Below are positions 39,311 through 51,648 of a stretch of DNA of 64,000 nt, piece after piece. The position numbers were made by a program, and so were the translations under genes. How positions within the stretch are numbered: the first letter of the stretch is position 1; the number at the start of each line of letters is the position of its first letter. The notes under the pieces were generated by a model. The model ran no database searches, was not told the DNA's origin, and saw nothing but the letters and a program-made list of their open reading frames with translations. The stretch is taken from NCBI RefSeq assembly GCF_018350175.1, contig NC_058368.1, forward strand, positions 217,870,001 to 217,934,000, given 5' to 3'. This DNA comes from Felis catus. Its lineage: Eukaryota.

Positions 39311-39427
39311 AGCATTTCCTCATTCAAAAATATTAAGTTGACTTTAATCTTAAGGCTTTCCAAATACGAGAAATTTTTACTCTGCGGATATTTCTTCAGT
39401 CTATCACTTAGGAAGGTAAAACACTCC

Positions 39428-39490
39428 ATACATATAAATATAAATATAAATGTATACATATATATGTATGTATATATATGCGTGTGTGTG

Positions 39491-39522
<32 letters not shown>
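39428..39522. repeat. Compound (TA)n/(TG)n simple repeat
   Basis: Direct inspection. Confidence 0.9.
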
Positions 39523-39523
<1 letters not shown>

Positions 39524-40212
39524 TTCTGTTCAACAACAAAGTGAGTAAAATAAAGCTTTTAAACAATACGTTTTAAAGTTTGGCTGACTATAAACTGGTA
39601 ATATATTCCATTTTGCTCTTTTAGAATTTAAGTTGCTGCAAAACTGCATAAATCTTCCTCTATTTTATTTTCCACTATAAAAGAACCACTTGCTATAACT
39701 GAAAATTGCTTGTGCTGTAGAATACAGTAAAATATTAAATATTTTATAAGTTCTTTAATGTTGAAAATAAGAAATGTATTAATTTATAAACCTGAAATAC
39801 TTCAGAATCATTATGACATATTTTACACTTATATTTAAATAACATTTATTTACATTTTCTACTTATAAAAACAATATATGCTAGTCATGGAGGAACTGCA
39901 ATCCAGAGAAATATATAATATAATAAAAGCCAACTATATTACTATCTTCCAGGGATATTTACTACTGAAGTTTTGATATTTATTATTAGTTATTTTTCTA
40001 GGCCTACATATACATATACACATGCACACACTTTAAATCCTATTTACTTACTATACACATATTTTTCTATAATACCTTATGTCACATAATATATATGGTG
40101 AACATTTCCTCAGGTTACTAAAATGTTTTCTTTTTTCTAAAATACAGTTTCAGTATAATTTTTTCTGCCAATTTCAAAGGTCTGCAAGCATGTTAAAAAT
40201 GCTAAAACTTCT

Positions 40213-40422
40213 GGGCGCCTGCGTGGCTTAGTCGGTTAAGCGTCTGACTTTGGCTCAGGTCATAATCTCATAGTTCGTGGGTTCAAGCCACATATTGGGC
40301 TTTGTGCTGACAGTACAGAGCCTGGAGCCTGCTTCAGATTCTGTCTCTCCCTCTCTCTCTGCCCTTCCCCCACTCCCATTCTGTGTCTCTCTCTCTAAAA
40401 AAAATAAGTCAACATTCAAAAT
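40213..40422 (+). mobile_element. Can-SINE
   Basis: 16-bp TSD aatgctaaaacttctg (40198-40213, 40423-40438). Confidence 0.96.
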
Positions 40423-40728
40423 AATGCTAAAACTTCTGTTCTTGACAGAACGGCTATATTTTAACAGATCAAGCTTGTTTCTAGGATTAACCCTGCAATA
40501 TGCTGTTATGCAGAATATGGGGTTGGCTGTTAAATGTTAAAATAAAATCCATCATCAAATGTTAAAATAAAAGAATTAGCTCGGGAATGTATGGAAAGGA
40601 GGAACACTTAAGGATTTTAGGGGGAACATTCCACCGTTCTTTTTATCCTCATTTTAGCTGCTCTCAGAAAGTAGTTTGTCTAATAAATTAAAAACCAAAA
40701 TATGCTTAGGACTATGGAAAGTATGTTG

Positions 40729-40802
40729 AATGGAAAGTATACTTATATATGCATGTGTATACATATATATACATACATACATATATAAGTATACTTTCCA
40801 TT
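40729..40802. repeat. Inverted repeat with perfect 23-bp arms
   Basis: aatggaaagtatacttatatatg (40729-40751) is the exact reverse complement of 40780-40802. Confidence 0.95.
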
Positions 40803-41732
40803 AACTTAAGCCTGGTCATTCTCTTTTTCATCTTTTCTATTTTTCCCTTCCTATAATTGGGTGAATAATTCAGGGTAGCAATGCTCTCTGTACCTGGGAG
40901 ATTCAGATTCAAAGGGGAGTACTTAGAAGGGCACATTATTAGGCCTCCTGGCCTAAACTCTGTTCTCTAAATGATCTTTTACCAGGTGGATGTAGGATGA
41001 TTATTTGTCCCTTAATTTGCCAATATAAAATGAAGAAGTTCCTAACCCTTGGTGACAATTCTTTGGACACAGTCATCTTCATGAACATAGATAGAGAAAA
41101 ATATTCACCAAGAGCCTATCCCAAATTTATAATGACCGACTCTTAGATACCTTGAGACAAAGAAAAATAAAAAGCGTAAGAATTACTTTTAGATGTCTAT
41201 AGGTAAGATATCATAAAATAAAAACATAATAAATATTTATAATCACTTGCACAATACAGAGAAAGTCATTGTATAAAATCCATTTGGACATGCTGAAAGT
41301 GTCCCTCTGGGCAATTTCCATGTTCCACCTCTATCATTATTTTCAGAATTATATTAGATATAATTGATGCATGAACTAGCCATATCATCTGTTAACTTAG
41401 AAAAATTTCCCTAGTGGTATTTCTTTAATATCATATCAAATCTATTCTTGTTGTTAAAGTTTGTCTCATGAGAATTTTAGAAAATATCCATGAAATTATC
41501 TGATGCTACCAGGCTTTTCCAGGTGCATTTCCCATGGATTTTACAACCTGATCATTGCCAGTATTTTCTTTTCAAACTGGGATACCATTCATCTATATTA
41601 AGATATCTGAATTCCTCTATAGATTTGTTTTGCTGTTTCATAAGATGCCCTTTAAGTAAGGGCTTTTGTTAAAGCAGCCTCTTCTGCATGATGATCTGGT
41701 CAAGGTGAAAAATTTCATGTTTTTAAGAACTG

Positions 41733-41935
41733 ATGTGATACCTATTATATATATATATTATATATATATTATATTATATTATATTATATTATATTATATT
41801 ATATTATATTATATATATAATATATATATAATATATATGTGCTGACCTATTATATATTATATATATATATTATATATATATTTATATATATGTATATGTA
41901 TATATATGTGATACCTATAATATATAAATATAAAT
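41733..41935. repeat. (TA)n/(TATAT)n AT-rich repeat bounded by a 13-bp direct repeat
   Basis: atgtgatacctat at 41733 and 41906, with a degenerate copy at ~41837. Confidence 0.9.
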
Positions 41936-43624
41936 GACATACAAATCATTTTATATAATCTGAAGATGATCTGCTTACTTTATCTCAGCAAGCAATGGTG
42001 CTGAGGCAAGAATATATTTTAGCTCTTAGATAAAGAGATAGGTTATGATAAGCAAGGGATCCTTGAGGGGTCCTTGAGGAATTCATATGTACTTATTGGT
42101 TAATTTTCCAGATATTCACAATGTATAGATATGAATATCAAGGTCACTTTGAATTTGTGGGGACACAAAAAATCTGAACCTCTGTTAACAGTCTTCCTTC
42201 AGGACATTTTATCTGGCAGCTCCATTTGTAAACTATTAAACCTACCTAAACTATTAAACCGTTGTTTGTGTCAGAAAGAATAAAGGAGTATTTTTCAATA
42301 ATGGTCTTGAATACAGTCAGGGATATATGAAAAACTTAACACTGACAAACATCTTCACTCCACCAGTGGTTTTAGCATTTCAGGAGATCTGATACTGACA
42401 TTATAATGGTAGGATAGAATAGCAACCATGTCAATCAGAAAGCTGCATTTTGTGCATCTATTTTTATGGAAAATTTCCTTTGGGAATTTAGAGGAAGTAT
42501 ACAAAATTCTTAGGGGCTAAGACTAAGATCTCCTACAGAGTGACTTATTTTACAGATTTTTAAACATCTGTCTTCCTGTTTCTTAATAGTGAACATTAGG
42601 TTTGTCAATGACCTTTCTTCTTGTAATCTCTACAGGTGTCTGCTTGTAATCTCTATAGGTGTCCATATCCAGAGATTTCTAATTCTTAGAGGACAGCAGA
42701 TAAATCAATCCAGCATTCTTTCAGAGAACAGTAGGTAATTTTATTTAAAATGTCAAATTTCTTTCAATTTTGATACTTTTGTTTTACCTTTTAGTGTTTA
42801 TTAAAAATTGAGCTACTTGATGAAGATCTTCTCACTTAGCAATTACCTATTCTAATATAATTTTGCAACTGAGTCTCCTTTTCAGATCTGAGTACATTTA
42901 TGAAAAAGAGAACAAAGTTTCCTTACTTTGGATACTGGGTATACCCTACAGTACTGCTTGAAATATTCCTGAATTCTCTTTTTTGAAGTTTCCTCTTAAT
43001 TAATCTTTCCCCTCTCCCCAATTTTAATTCTTTTCCAATCTATCCTTAAGGAAGATTCCCAAAACTGTTCACAATGATCATTTACTGTTTCAGTAGTTTG
43101 TTTTTTTATCTTTTATTTATTTATTTTTGCCTTTTCTAAAGGTCAAAAACTATTTGTTTAAAAACCCTAAACTAACAAAATAAAGACAGCTCAGTTAAAT
43201 AAATTCAGATCTGAGATTACTATTGAAACATTTATCAGGCAGTAAAAAAACTGAATTTGGGCCAAGGTGTCGAGTGATCATATCTGCAAGTCCAACGTTC
43301 CTACAGAATGCTTCCAAGTGAAAGTCTTCAAAGTAATCTTGATAGAAACTTCAATTATTGAAGAAAGAGGCTACCATTCAGTATCAGAAACAAAAACCTG
43401 AGTTTATTAATTGCCAATGAAGGAATATATGTTTTAAAATACTGTCTCTCTGAAAAAAAGTCTTTTTTGTCTTACATATGGGTGATAAGAAGTGTACAGG
43501 TTAAGTACTTCCTTTCAGAAGAGTGGGGCTTCTCACTGACTGATATTCAGTAATCACAATTACTCATGGAAATTTTTTACTGATTATGATAGAGTTAGTC
43601 TCAGTGGTTGAAAGTCGCTATTGT

Positions 43625-44005
43625 TTCAAGTTTTTATGTAAATTCTAGTTGACATTTAGTGTAATATTGGTTTCAGGAGTAGAATTTAATGATTCCTCAC
43701 TTACATGCAACACTCAGTGCTCATCTCAACAAATGCCCTCCTTAATACACATCACTCATTTAGCCCATCTCCAGCCCACTTCCCTTCCAGCAACCTACAG
43801 TCTGTTCCCTATAGTTCACAGTCTCTTATTGTTTGCTTCCCTTTCTCTTTATCTCCCCTTTCCCCTGCTCATCTGTTTTGTTTCTTAAATTCAACATGAG
43901 TGAAATCATATGGTATTTGACTTCGTTTAACATAATACCCTCTAGCTTCACCCGCGTAATTGCAAATGGCAAGTATTCATTCTTTTGATGGTTGAGTAAT
44001 ATTCC

Positions 44006-44052
<47 letters not shown>

Positions 44053-44665
44053 TTATCCATTCATCAGCCATAGGACATTTGAGCTCTTTACATAATTTGG
44101 CTATTGTTGACAGCGTCACTGTAAGCATTGGGGTCCATGTGCTGCTTCGAATTAGTATTTTTGTATCCTTTGGGTAAATATTTGGTAATGCAATTACTGT
44201 ATCATGGGGTAGTTCTATTTTTAACTTTTTGAGAAAATCTCCATACAGTTTTCCAGAGTGGCTGCCCCAGTTTGCATTCCTACCAAAAGTGTTAAGAGGG
44301 TTCCCCTTTCTCTGCATCTTCATCAATATCTGTTGTTTCCTGTGTTGTTAATTTTAGCCCTTCTAACAGGTGTGAGGTGATATCTCATTGTAGTTTTGAT
44401 TTGTATTTCTCTGACGATGAGTGATGTTGGGCATCTTTTATTGTGTCTGTTCACCATGTGTATGTCTTCTTTGGAAAAATGTGTATTCATGTCTTCTTCC
44501 CATTTCTTAACTGAATTCTTTGTTTTTTTGGGGGGGTGTTGAGCTTGATAAGTTCTTTATATATTTTGGAAAGTAACCCTTTATCTGATATATCATTGGA
44601 CAATATCTTCTCCCATTTTGATGATTGCCTTTTAGTTTTGTTGATTATTCTCTTCACTGTGTAGG
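43625..44665 (-). mobile_element. 5'-truncated carnivore L1 (ORF2 C-terminus and 3'UTR) with internal (TG)n
   Basis: Translation LKKLKIELPHD..IYPKD..YHMISL; 3'UTR homologous to the other L1s in the window. Confidence 0.92.
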
Positions 44666-45668
44666 AAAAAATCTATCCTTTCCTTTTAAGAACATGTAAG
44701 AACATTTATGAGTTCTAAGACCATAAAGTAAATCAGAGATAGCAGTAAACTGATCAATTACAAATAACCACAGAATTATTTTGATTATTGTAATTTATCA
44801 CAATTTGTCTCTTTAAAAGAGTTAAATCACATATAGCAATAGTGATTAAGTCCTTCAATTCTCCACATGGATGTTAGGAGTAAGTGACTAAAGACCCCTC
44901 ACAGAGGGTCCAGTGAAAAACAGACTTGATATTTGTGTGTGAGTGCACATGCATACTCATGTTCTGAATACTGTTAAGACCAGTGTGATTTATATTATAT
45001 CACATAATGTCTTACCACAGACTGCTTTGATTATCTCTGCCTAGGAATTTGTAGCATACCCTGCTTAGTCATATTTTAACTATGAGGAAATTAAAACACT
45101 GTCCTTATTCAGTCCATCCCTACTTAAGAAAACAGTTGGTAATTCACTCTACCATTAAGACACAGCTCACTCTAGGTTCTCTGTCTCTGTAAAATGAACC
45201 ATACACATACATAATCAGGCCAAAAAAAGTGGCAAAACCATGGCTTCTCAATTTTCTCATATTCCAGAATGTGTGGAAGTTCTGATGGCTCTGCTTTCAA
45301 ATACTGTTCATAACATCCATCATTGCCACACCCCCTTGCCTGGTCCACTGGACCAGTTTCCTGCTTCTCACTATCTACTTGCTTCCTAAACCACATTCTA
45401 TTCTTATTTAACATCCACTTATTTTTTTATTTAATTTTTATTTTTTTTTAATTTACATCCAAATTAGTTAGCATATAGTGCAATGATGATTCAAGGAGTA
45501 CGTTCCTTAATGCCCCTTACCCATTTAGCCAATCCCCCCTCCCACAACACCTCCAGTAATCCTCTGTTCTCCATATTTATGAGTCTCTTATGTTTTGTCC
45601 GTGTCCCTGTTTTTCTATTATTTTTGTTTCCCTTCCCTTATGTTCATCTGTTTTGTCCCTTAAAGTCC

Positions 45669-45817
45669 TCATATGCGTGAAGTCATATGATTTTTGTCTT
45701 TCAGTGACTAATTTCACTTAGCATAATACCCTCCAGCTTCATCCACATAGTTGCAAATGGCAAGATTTCATTCTTTTTGATTGCCGAGTAATACTCCACT
45801 GTATGTATGTATGTGTG

Positions 45818-45857
<40 letters not shown>

Positions 45858-47227
45858 ACATTTTCTTTATCCATTCATCCATTGATGGAAATTTGGGTTC
45901 TTTCCATACTTTGGCTACTTTTGAGAGTGCTGCTATAAACATGGGGGTGCATGTGTCCCTTCAAAACAGCACATCTCCGTCCCGTGGATAAATGCCTAGT
46001 AGTGCAATTGCTGGGTCATAGGGTAGTTCTATTTTTGTTTTTTTTAGGAACCTCCATATTGTTTTCCAGAGTGGCTGCACCAGCTTGCATTCCCACCAAC
46101 AATGTAAAAGGGATCCTCTTTCTCCACATCCTCACCAACATCTGTTGTTGCCTGAGTTGTTAATGTTAGCCATTCTGACAGGTGTAAGGTGGTATTTCAT
46201 TGTGGTTTTGATTTGTATTTCCCTGATGAGTGATGTTGAGCATTTTTTCATATGTCAGTTGGCCATCTGGATGTCTTCTTTGGAGAAGTGTCTATTCATG
46301 TCATTTGCCCATTTCGTCACTGGATTTTTTTTTTTTTTTGAGTGTTGAGTTTGATAAGTTCTTTATAGATTTTGAATACTAACCCTTTATCTGATATGTC
46401 ATTTGCAATTGTCTTCTCCCATTCTGTTGGTTGCCTTCTAGTTTTGCTGTTTGTTTCTTTCACTGTGCAGAAGCTTTTTATTTTGATGAGGTCCCAGTAG
46501 TTCATTTTTGCTTTTGTATCCCTTCCTCCGGAGATGTGTTGAGTAAGAAGTTGTTGCGGCCAAGATCAAAGAGGTTTTTGCCTGCTTTCTCCACGAATAT
46601 TTTGATGGCTTCCTGTCTTACATTTAGGTCCGTCATCCATTTTGAGTTTATTTTTGTGTATGGTGTAAGAAAGTGGTCCAGGTTCATTCTTCGGCATGTC
46701 GCTGTCCATTTTTCCCAGCACCACTTGCTGAAGAGACTGTCTTTGTTCCATTGGATATTCTTTCCTGCTTTGTCACAGACTAGTGGCCATATGTTTGTGG
46801 GTCCATTTCTGGGTCTCTATTCTGTTCCATTGATCTATATGTCTGTTCTTGTGGCAGTACCATACTGTCTTGATGATTACAGCTCTGTGGTATAGTTTGA
46901 AGTCTGGGATTGTTATGCCTCCAGCTTTGTTTTTCTTTTCCAAGATTGCTTTGGCTATTCGGGGTCTTTTCTGGTTCCATACAAATTTTAGGATTATTTG
47001 TTCTAGCTCTGTGAAGAATGCTGGTGTTATTTTGATAGAGATTGCATTGAATATGTAGATTGCTTTGGGTAGTATCAACATTTTAACAATATTTGTTCTT
47101 CCTATCCAGGAGCATGGAATCTTTTTTCCATTTTTTTGTGTTTTCTTCAATTTTTTTCATAAGCTTTCTATAATTTTCAGCATATAGGTTTTTCACCTCT
47201 TTGTTTAGATTTATTCCTAGGTATTTT

Positions 47228-47274
<47 letters not shown>

Positions 47275-49605
47275 AACTATAAACGGGATTGATTCCTTGG
47301 GATTTATTCCTAAGTATTTTATGTTTTTTTTTGTGTATGTGTGCAACAGTAAATGGGATCAATTTGTTTCTGTCGCTTCATTGTTGGTGTATTGGAATGC
47401 AACCAATTTCTGTGCGTTCATTTTATATCCTGCAACTTTGCTGAATTCATGAATCAATTTTAGGAATGTTTTAGACCTTTTGGATTTTCCATATACAGTA
47501 TCATATCATCTGTGAAGAGTGAAAGTTTGACTGCTCCTGGCCAATCTGGATGCCTTTTATTTCTTTGTGTGGTCTGATGCAAAGGCTAAGACTTCCAATA
47601 CTATGTTGAATAACAGTGGTGAGAGTGGACCTCCCTGTCTTGTTCCTGACGTTAGGGGGAAAGCTCTCAGTTTTTCCCCATTGAGGATGATATTAGCGTT
47701 GGTTCATTCATATATGGCTTTTATGATCTCGAGGTATGATCCCTACTTTCTTGAGGGTTTTTATCAAGAAAGGATGCTGTATTTTGTCACATGTTTTCTA
47801 CATCTATTGAGAGGATCATATAGTTCTTGTCCTTTCTTTTATTGATGTGATGAATTACATTGATTGTTTTGTGGATATTGAACCAGGCCTGCATCCCAGG
47901 TATAAATCCCACTTGGACATGGTGAATAATTTTTGTAATGTGTTGTTGGGTCAGGTTGGCTAATATCTTGTTGAGGATTTTTGCATCCATGTTCATCAGG
48001 GAAATTGGTCTATAATTCTCCTTTTTAGTGGGGTCTCTGTCTGGTTTTAGAATCAAGGTAATGCTGGCTTCAGAGAAAGAGTTTGGAAGTTTTCCTTCCA
48101 TTTCTATTTTTTTTTGAACAGCTTCAAGAAAATAGGTGTTAACTCTTCCTTAAATGTTTGGTAGAATTCCCCTGGAAAGCCATTTGGCCCTGGACTCTTA
48201 CTTTTTGGCAGATTTTTTTAATTACTAACTTGATTTCCTTACTGGTTATGGGTCTGTTCAAAGTTTCTATTTCTTCCTATTTAAGCTTTGATAGTTTATA
48301 TGTTTCTAGGAATTTGTTTGTTTCTTCCAGATTGCCCTTTTTATTGGCATATAATTGCTCATAATATTCTCTTATTATTGTTTTATTTCTGCTGTGTTGG
48401 TTGTGATCTCTCCTCTTTCATTCTTGATTTTATTTATTTGGGTCCTTTCCTTTTTCTTTTTGATCAAACTGGCTAATGGTTTATCAATTTTGTTAATTCT
48501 TTCAAAGAACCAGATTCTGGTTTCATTGATCTGTTCTGTTTTTTTTTTTTTGGGGGGGGGGGGTTGATAGCATTAATTTCTGCTCTAATCTTTATTATTT
48601 CCTGCTTTCTGCTAGTTTGGGGTTTTATTTGCTGTTCTTTTTCCAGCTCTTTAAGGTGTAAGGTTAGGTTGTGTATCTGAGATCTTTCTTCCTTCTTTAG
48701 AAAGGCCTGGATTGCTATATACTTTCCTTTTATGACCACCTTTGCTGTGTCCCAGAGGTTTTGGGTTGTGGTGCTATCATTTTCATTGATTTCCATATAC
48801 TTTTTAACTTCTTCTTTAACTGCTTGGTTAGCCCACTCATTCTTTAGTAGGATGTTCTTCAGTCTCCAAGTATTTGTTACCTTTCCAAATTTTTTCTTGT
48901 GGTTGATTTCGAGTTTCATAGCGTTGTGGTCTGAAAATATGCACAGTACAATCTCGATCTTTTTGTACTTACTTAGGGCTGATTTGTGTCCCAGTATATG
49001 GTCTATTCTGGAGAACAATCCATGTGCACCGGAGAAGAATGCATATTCTGCTGCTTTAGGATGAAATGTTCTGAATATATCTATTAAGTCCACCTGGTCC
49101 AATGTATCATTCAAAGCCAGTTTCCTTGTTGATTTTTTGATTAGATGATATGTGCATTGCTGTGAGTGGGGTGTTGAAGTCTCCTACTACTATGGTATTA
49201 CTATCGATGAGTTTCTTTATGGTTGTGATTAATTGATTTATATATTTGGGTGCTATCACATTTGGTGCATAAATGTTTACAATTGTTAGGTCTTCTTGGT
49301 GGATAGACCCCTTAATTATGATATGATGCCCTTCTTTATCTCTTGATACAGTGTTTATTTTAAAGTCTAGATTTTCTAAGTATGCCTACTGTGGCCTTCT
49401 TTTGTTGAGCATTAGAATGATAGATGGTTCCCCATCCCTTTATTTTCTATTTGAAGGTGTCTTTAGGTCTAAAGTGGGTCTCTTGTATACAGCATATAGA
49501 TGGGTCTTGTTTTCTTATCCATTCTGTTATCCTATGTCTTTTGATTGGAGCATTTAGTCCATTGATGTTTAGAGTGAGTACTGAAAGATATGAATTTATT
49601 GCCAT
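45669..49605 (-). pseudogene. Degraded L1 ORF2
   Basis: Start MAINSYLSVLTLNINGLN at 49605; many fragments in the ORF track ([29 protein letters not shown]); many frameshifts. Confidence 0.92.
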
Positions 49606-49720
49606 TATGTTGCTTGTAGAGTTGGAGCTTCTGGTGTTGTTCTCTAGTCATTTCTAGTCTTTGTTGCTTTTGGTATTGATTGATTGGTTGATTAATTGAT
49701 TGATTTAATCTTTTCTCCCT

Positions 49721-50584
49721 TCAGAGAGTTCCCCTTAAAATTTCTTGCAGTGCTGGTTTAGTGGTCACAAACTCTTTTAATTTTTGTTTGTCTGGGAAAC
49801 TTTTTATCTCTCCCTCTATTTTGAATGACAGCCTTGCTGGATAAATAATTCTTGGCTGCATATTTTTCTGATTCAGTACACTGAATATATCCCACCACTC
49901 CTTTCTGGCCAGCCAAGTTTCTGTGGATAGGTCTGCTGCAAACCTGATCTGTCTCCCCTTGTAGGTTAGGGACTTTTTTTCCCCTTGTTGCTTTCATGAG
50001 TCTCTCCTTGCCTGAGTATGTTGTGAATTTGACTATGATATGGCTTGTTGATGGTCGGTTTTTGTTGAGTCTAATGGGGGTCCTCTGTGCTTTCTGGATT
50101 TTGATGTGTCTTTCCCCAGGTTAGGAAAGTTTTCCGCTATGATTTGCTCACATAACCCTTCTACCCCTATTTCTCTCTCTTCCTCTTCTGTGACCCTTAT
50201 GATTCTGATGTTATTTTTTAATGAGTCACTCATTTCTCTAATTCTTAAATCGTGCTCTTTTGCCTTAATCTCCCTCTTTTTTCCTGCTTCGTTATTCTCT
50301 ATAAGTTTGTCTTCTATATCATTGATTCTCTGTTCTGCCTCACCCATCCTTCCTGCTGCAGCATTCATCCATGATTACAGCTCAGTTATAGCATTTTTTA
50401 TTTCATCCTGACTAGTTTTTACTTTTTTTTTATCTCTGCAGAAAGGGATTCTAATCTATTTTTGACTCCAGCTAGTATTCTTATTATCGTGATTCTAAGT
50501 TCTGGTTCAAACATCTTGCTTGTATCTGTATTGGTTAAATAACTGGCTGTCGTTTCTTCATGCTCTTTCTTTTGGGGTGAACTC
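49721..50584 (-). pseudogene. Degraded L1 ORF1 lacking its start codon
   Basis: (R)SSPQKKEHEETTA...ELRITIIRILAG, then NNIRIIRV and LRGTL*; aligns to the intact ORF1 from codon 5. Confidence 0.9.
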
Positions 50585-51169
50585 CTGCTGAATTCTGTGG
50601 TTCAGGTTGCGCAGATTGTTGTGTTAATCCTCCAATCAGTTTTCTAGGTGTGTAGAATAGTTTAGTGTTGGTCTGGCTGTATTTCATGGACGTGGGAAAC
50701 AAAAAAACTTCCATGCTGTTCCCCATTCACTTATTTTTTGATATAATCTTATTTTGACACTCTCTCAGCCAAATCTCCAATGATTCCTTAGCTCTCCCAC
50801 TTAGAATTCAATTAAAAATAACTCTGACTAATGGCAACTTTTCCATCCTCATATCCTGATACTCCCTCATTCCACTCCTTGTACACACCATGTAAACTGT
50901 CAACACAAATCCTTTACACTTGCCATTTTCTCTGAAATATGTATCTCAATATATCTATGTGGCTTATTTATTTTATTCATGTCTGTTTTAGACCCACCAA
51001 TATAAAAGAGTCACCCCTGTATACTCTATTCCTTCATCTGGCTTTTCTTTTTAACCTGATGTATTTTATATTTATTTCCTTATTATTTCTATGTCTCATT
51101 GAAGAAGTTTCTCCCTGTTTATTTTTGTATCCCCATGGCTAGTAAAAATCTGACATGTAGTAACTCTTT

Positions 51170-51382
51170 TTTTTTTATTTTTTTAACGTTTATTTATTTT
51201 TGAGACAGAGACAGATCACGAATGGGGGAGGGTCAGAGAGAAGGAGACACAGAATATGAAACAGGCTCCAGGCTCTGAGCTGTCAGCACAGAGCCCGACA
51301 TGGGGCTCAAACTTGCAGACCGCGAAATCATGACCCGAGCCGAAGTCAGCCACTTAACCGACTGAGCTACCCAGGCCCCCCC
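51170..51382 (-). mobile_element. Can-SINE
   Basis: TSD agtaactcttt (51159-51169, 51383-51393). Confidence 0.96.
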
Positions 51383-51408
51383 AGTAACTCTTTAGTAATG
51401 CATCATGT

Positions 51409-51635
51409 GGGGGTCCCTAGGTGGCTCAGTCAGTTGAGCGTCAGACTTTGGCTCAAGGTATGATCTCACAGCTCGTGAGTTTGAGCCACGCATCAGGCTC
51501 TGTGCTGACACCTCAGAGCCTGGACCCTGCTTTGGATTCTGTGTCTCCCTCTTTCTCTTCCCCTCCCCTGCTCTGTCTCTGTTAGATCTCTCTCTCTCTC
51601 TCTCTCTTTCCCTCTTAAAAATAAAGATTTTTAAA
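51409..51635 (+). mobile_element. Can-SINE (outer, host of the next SINE)
   Basis: Outer TSD taatgcat(c/a)atgtg at 51396 and 51886 encloses two SINEs. Confidence 0.93.
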
Positions 51636-51648
51636 AACTGAACAAATA

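Larger units (their letters stand above)
33386..39319 (-). mobile_element. Full-length young felid LINE-1 (~5.9 kb)
   Basis: CpG-rich 5'UTR, ORF1, 50-bp spacer, ORF2, G-rich 3'UTR, AATAAA and polyA; perfect TSD tcattcaaaaatatt (33371-33385, 39320-39334) at a TT/AATA endonuclease-type site. Confidence 0.99.
45428..50723 (-). mobile_element. Older carnivore L1, near full length but missing most of the 5'UTR
   Basis: PolyA at left end; 16-bp TSD cat(c/t)cacttatttttt (45412-45427, 50724-50739) at a TC/AAAA site; degraded ORF2 and ORF1. Confidence 0.96.

Noticed and set aside
43155..43620. Possible LTR interrupted by the 43.6-kb L1
   Set aside because: I could not assign a family or termini with confidence
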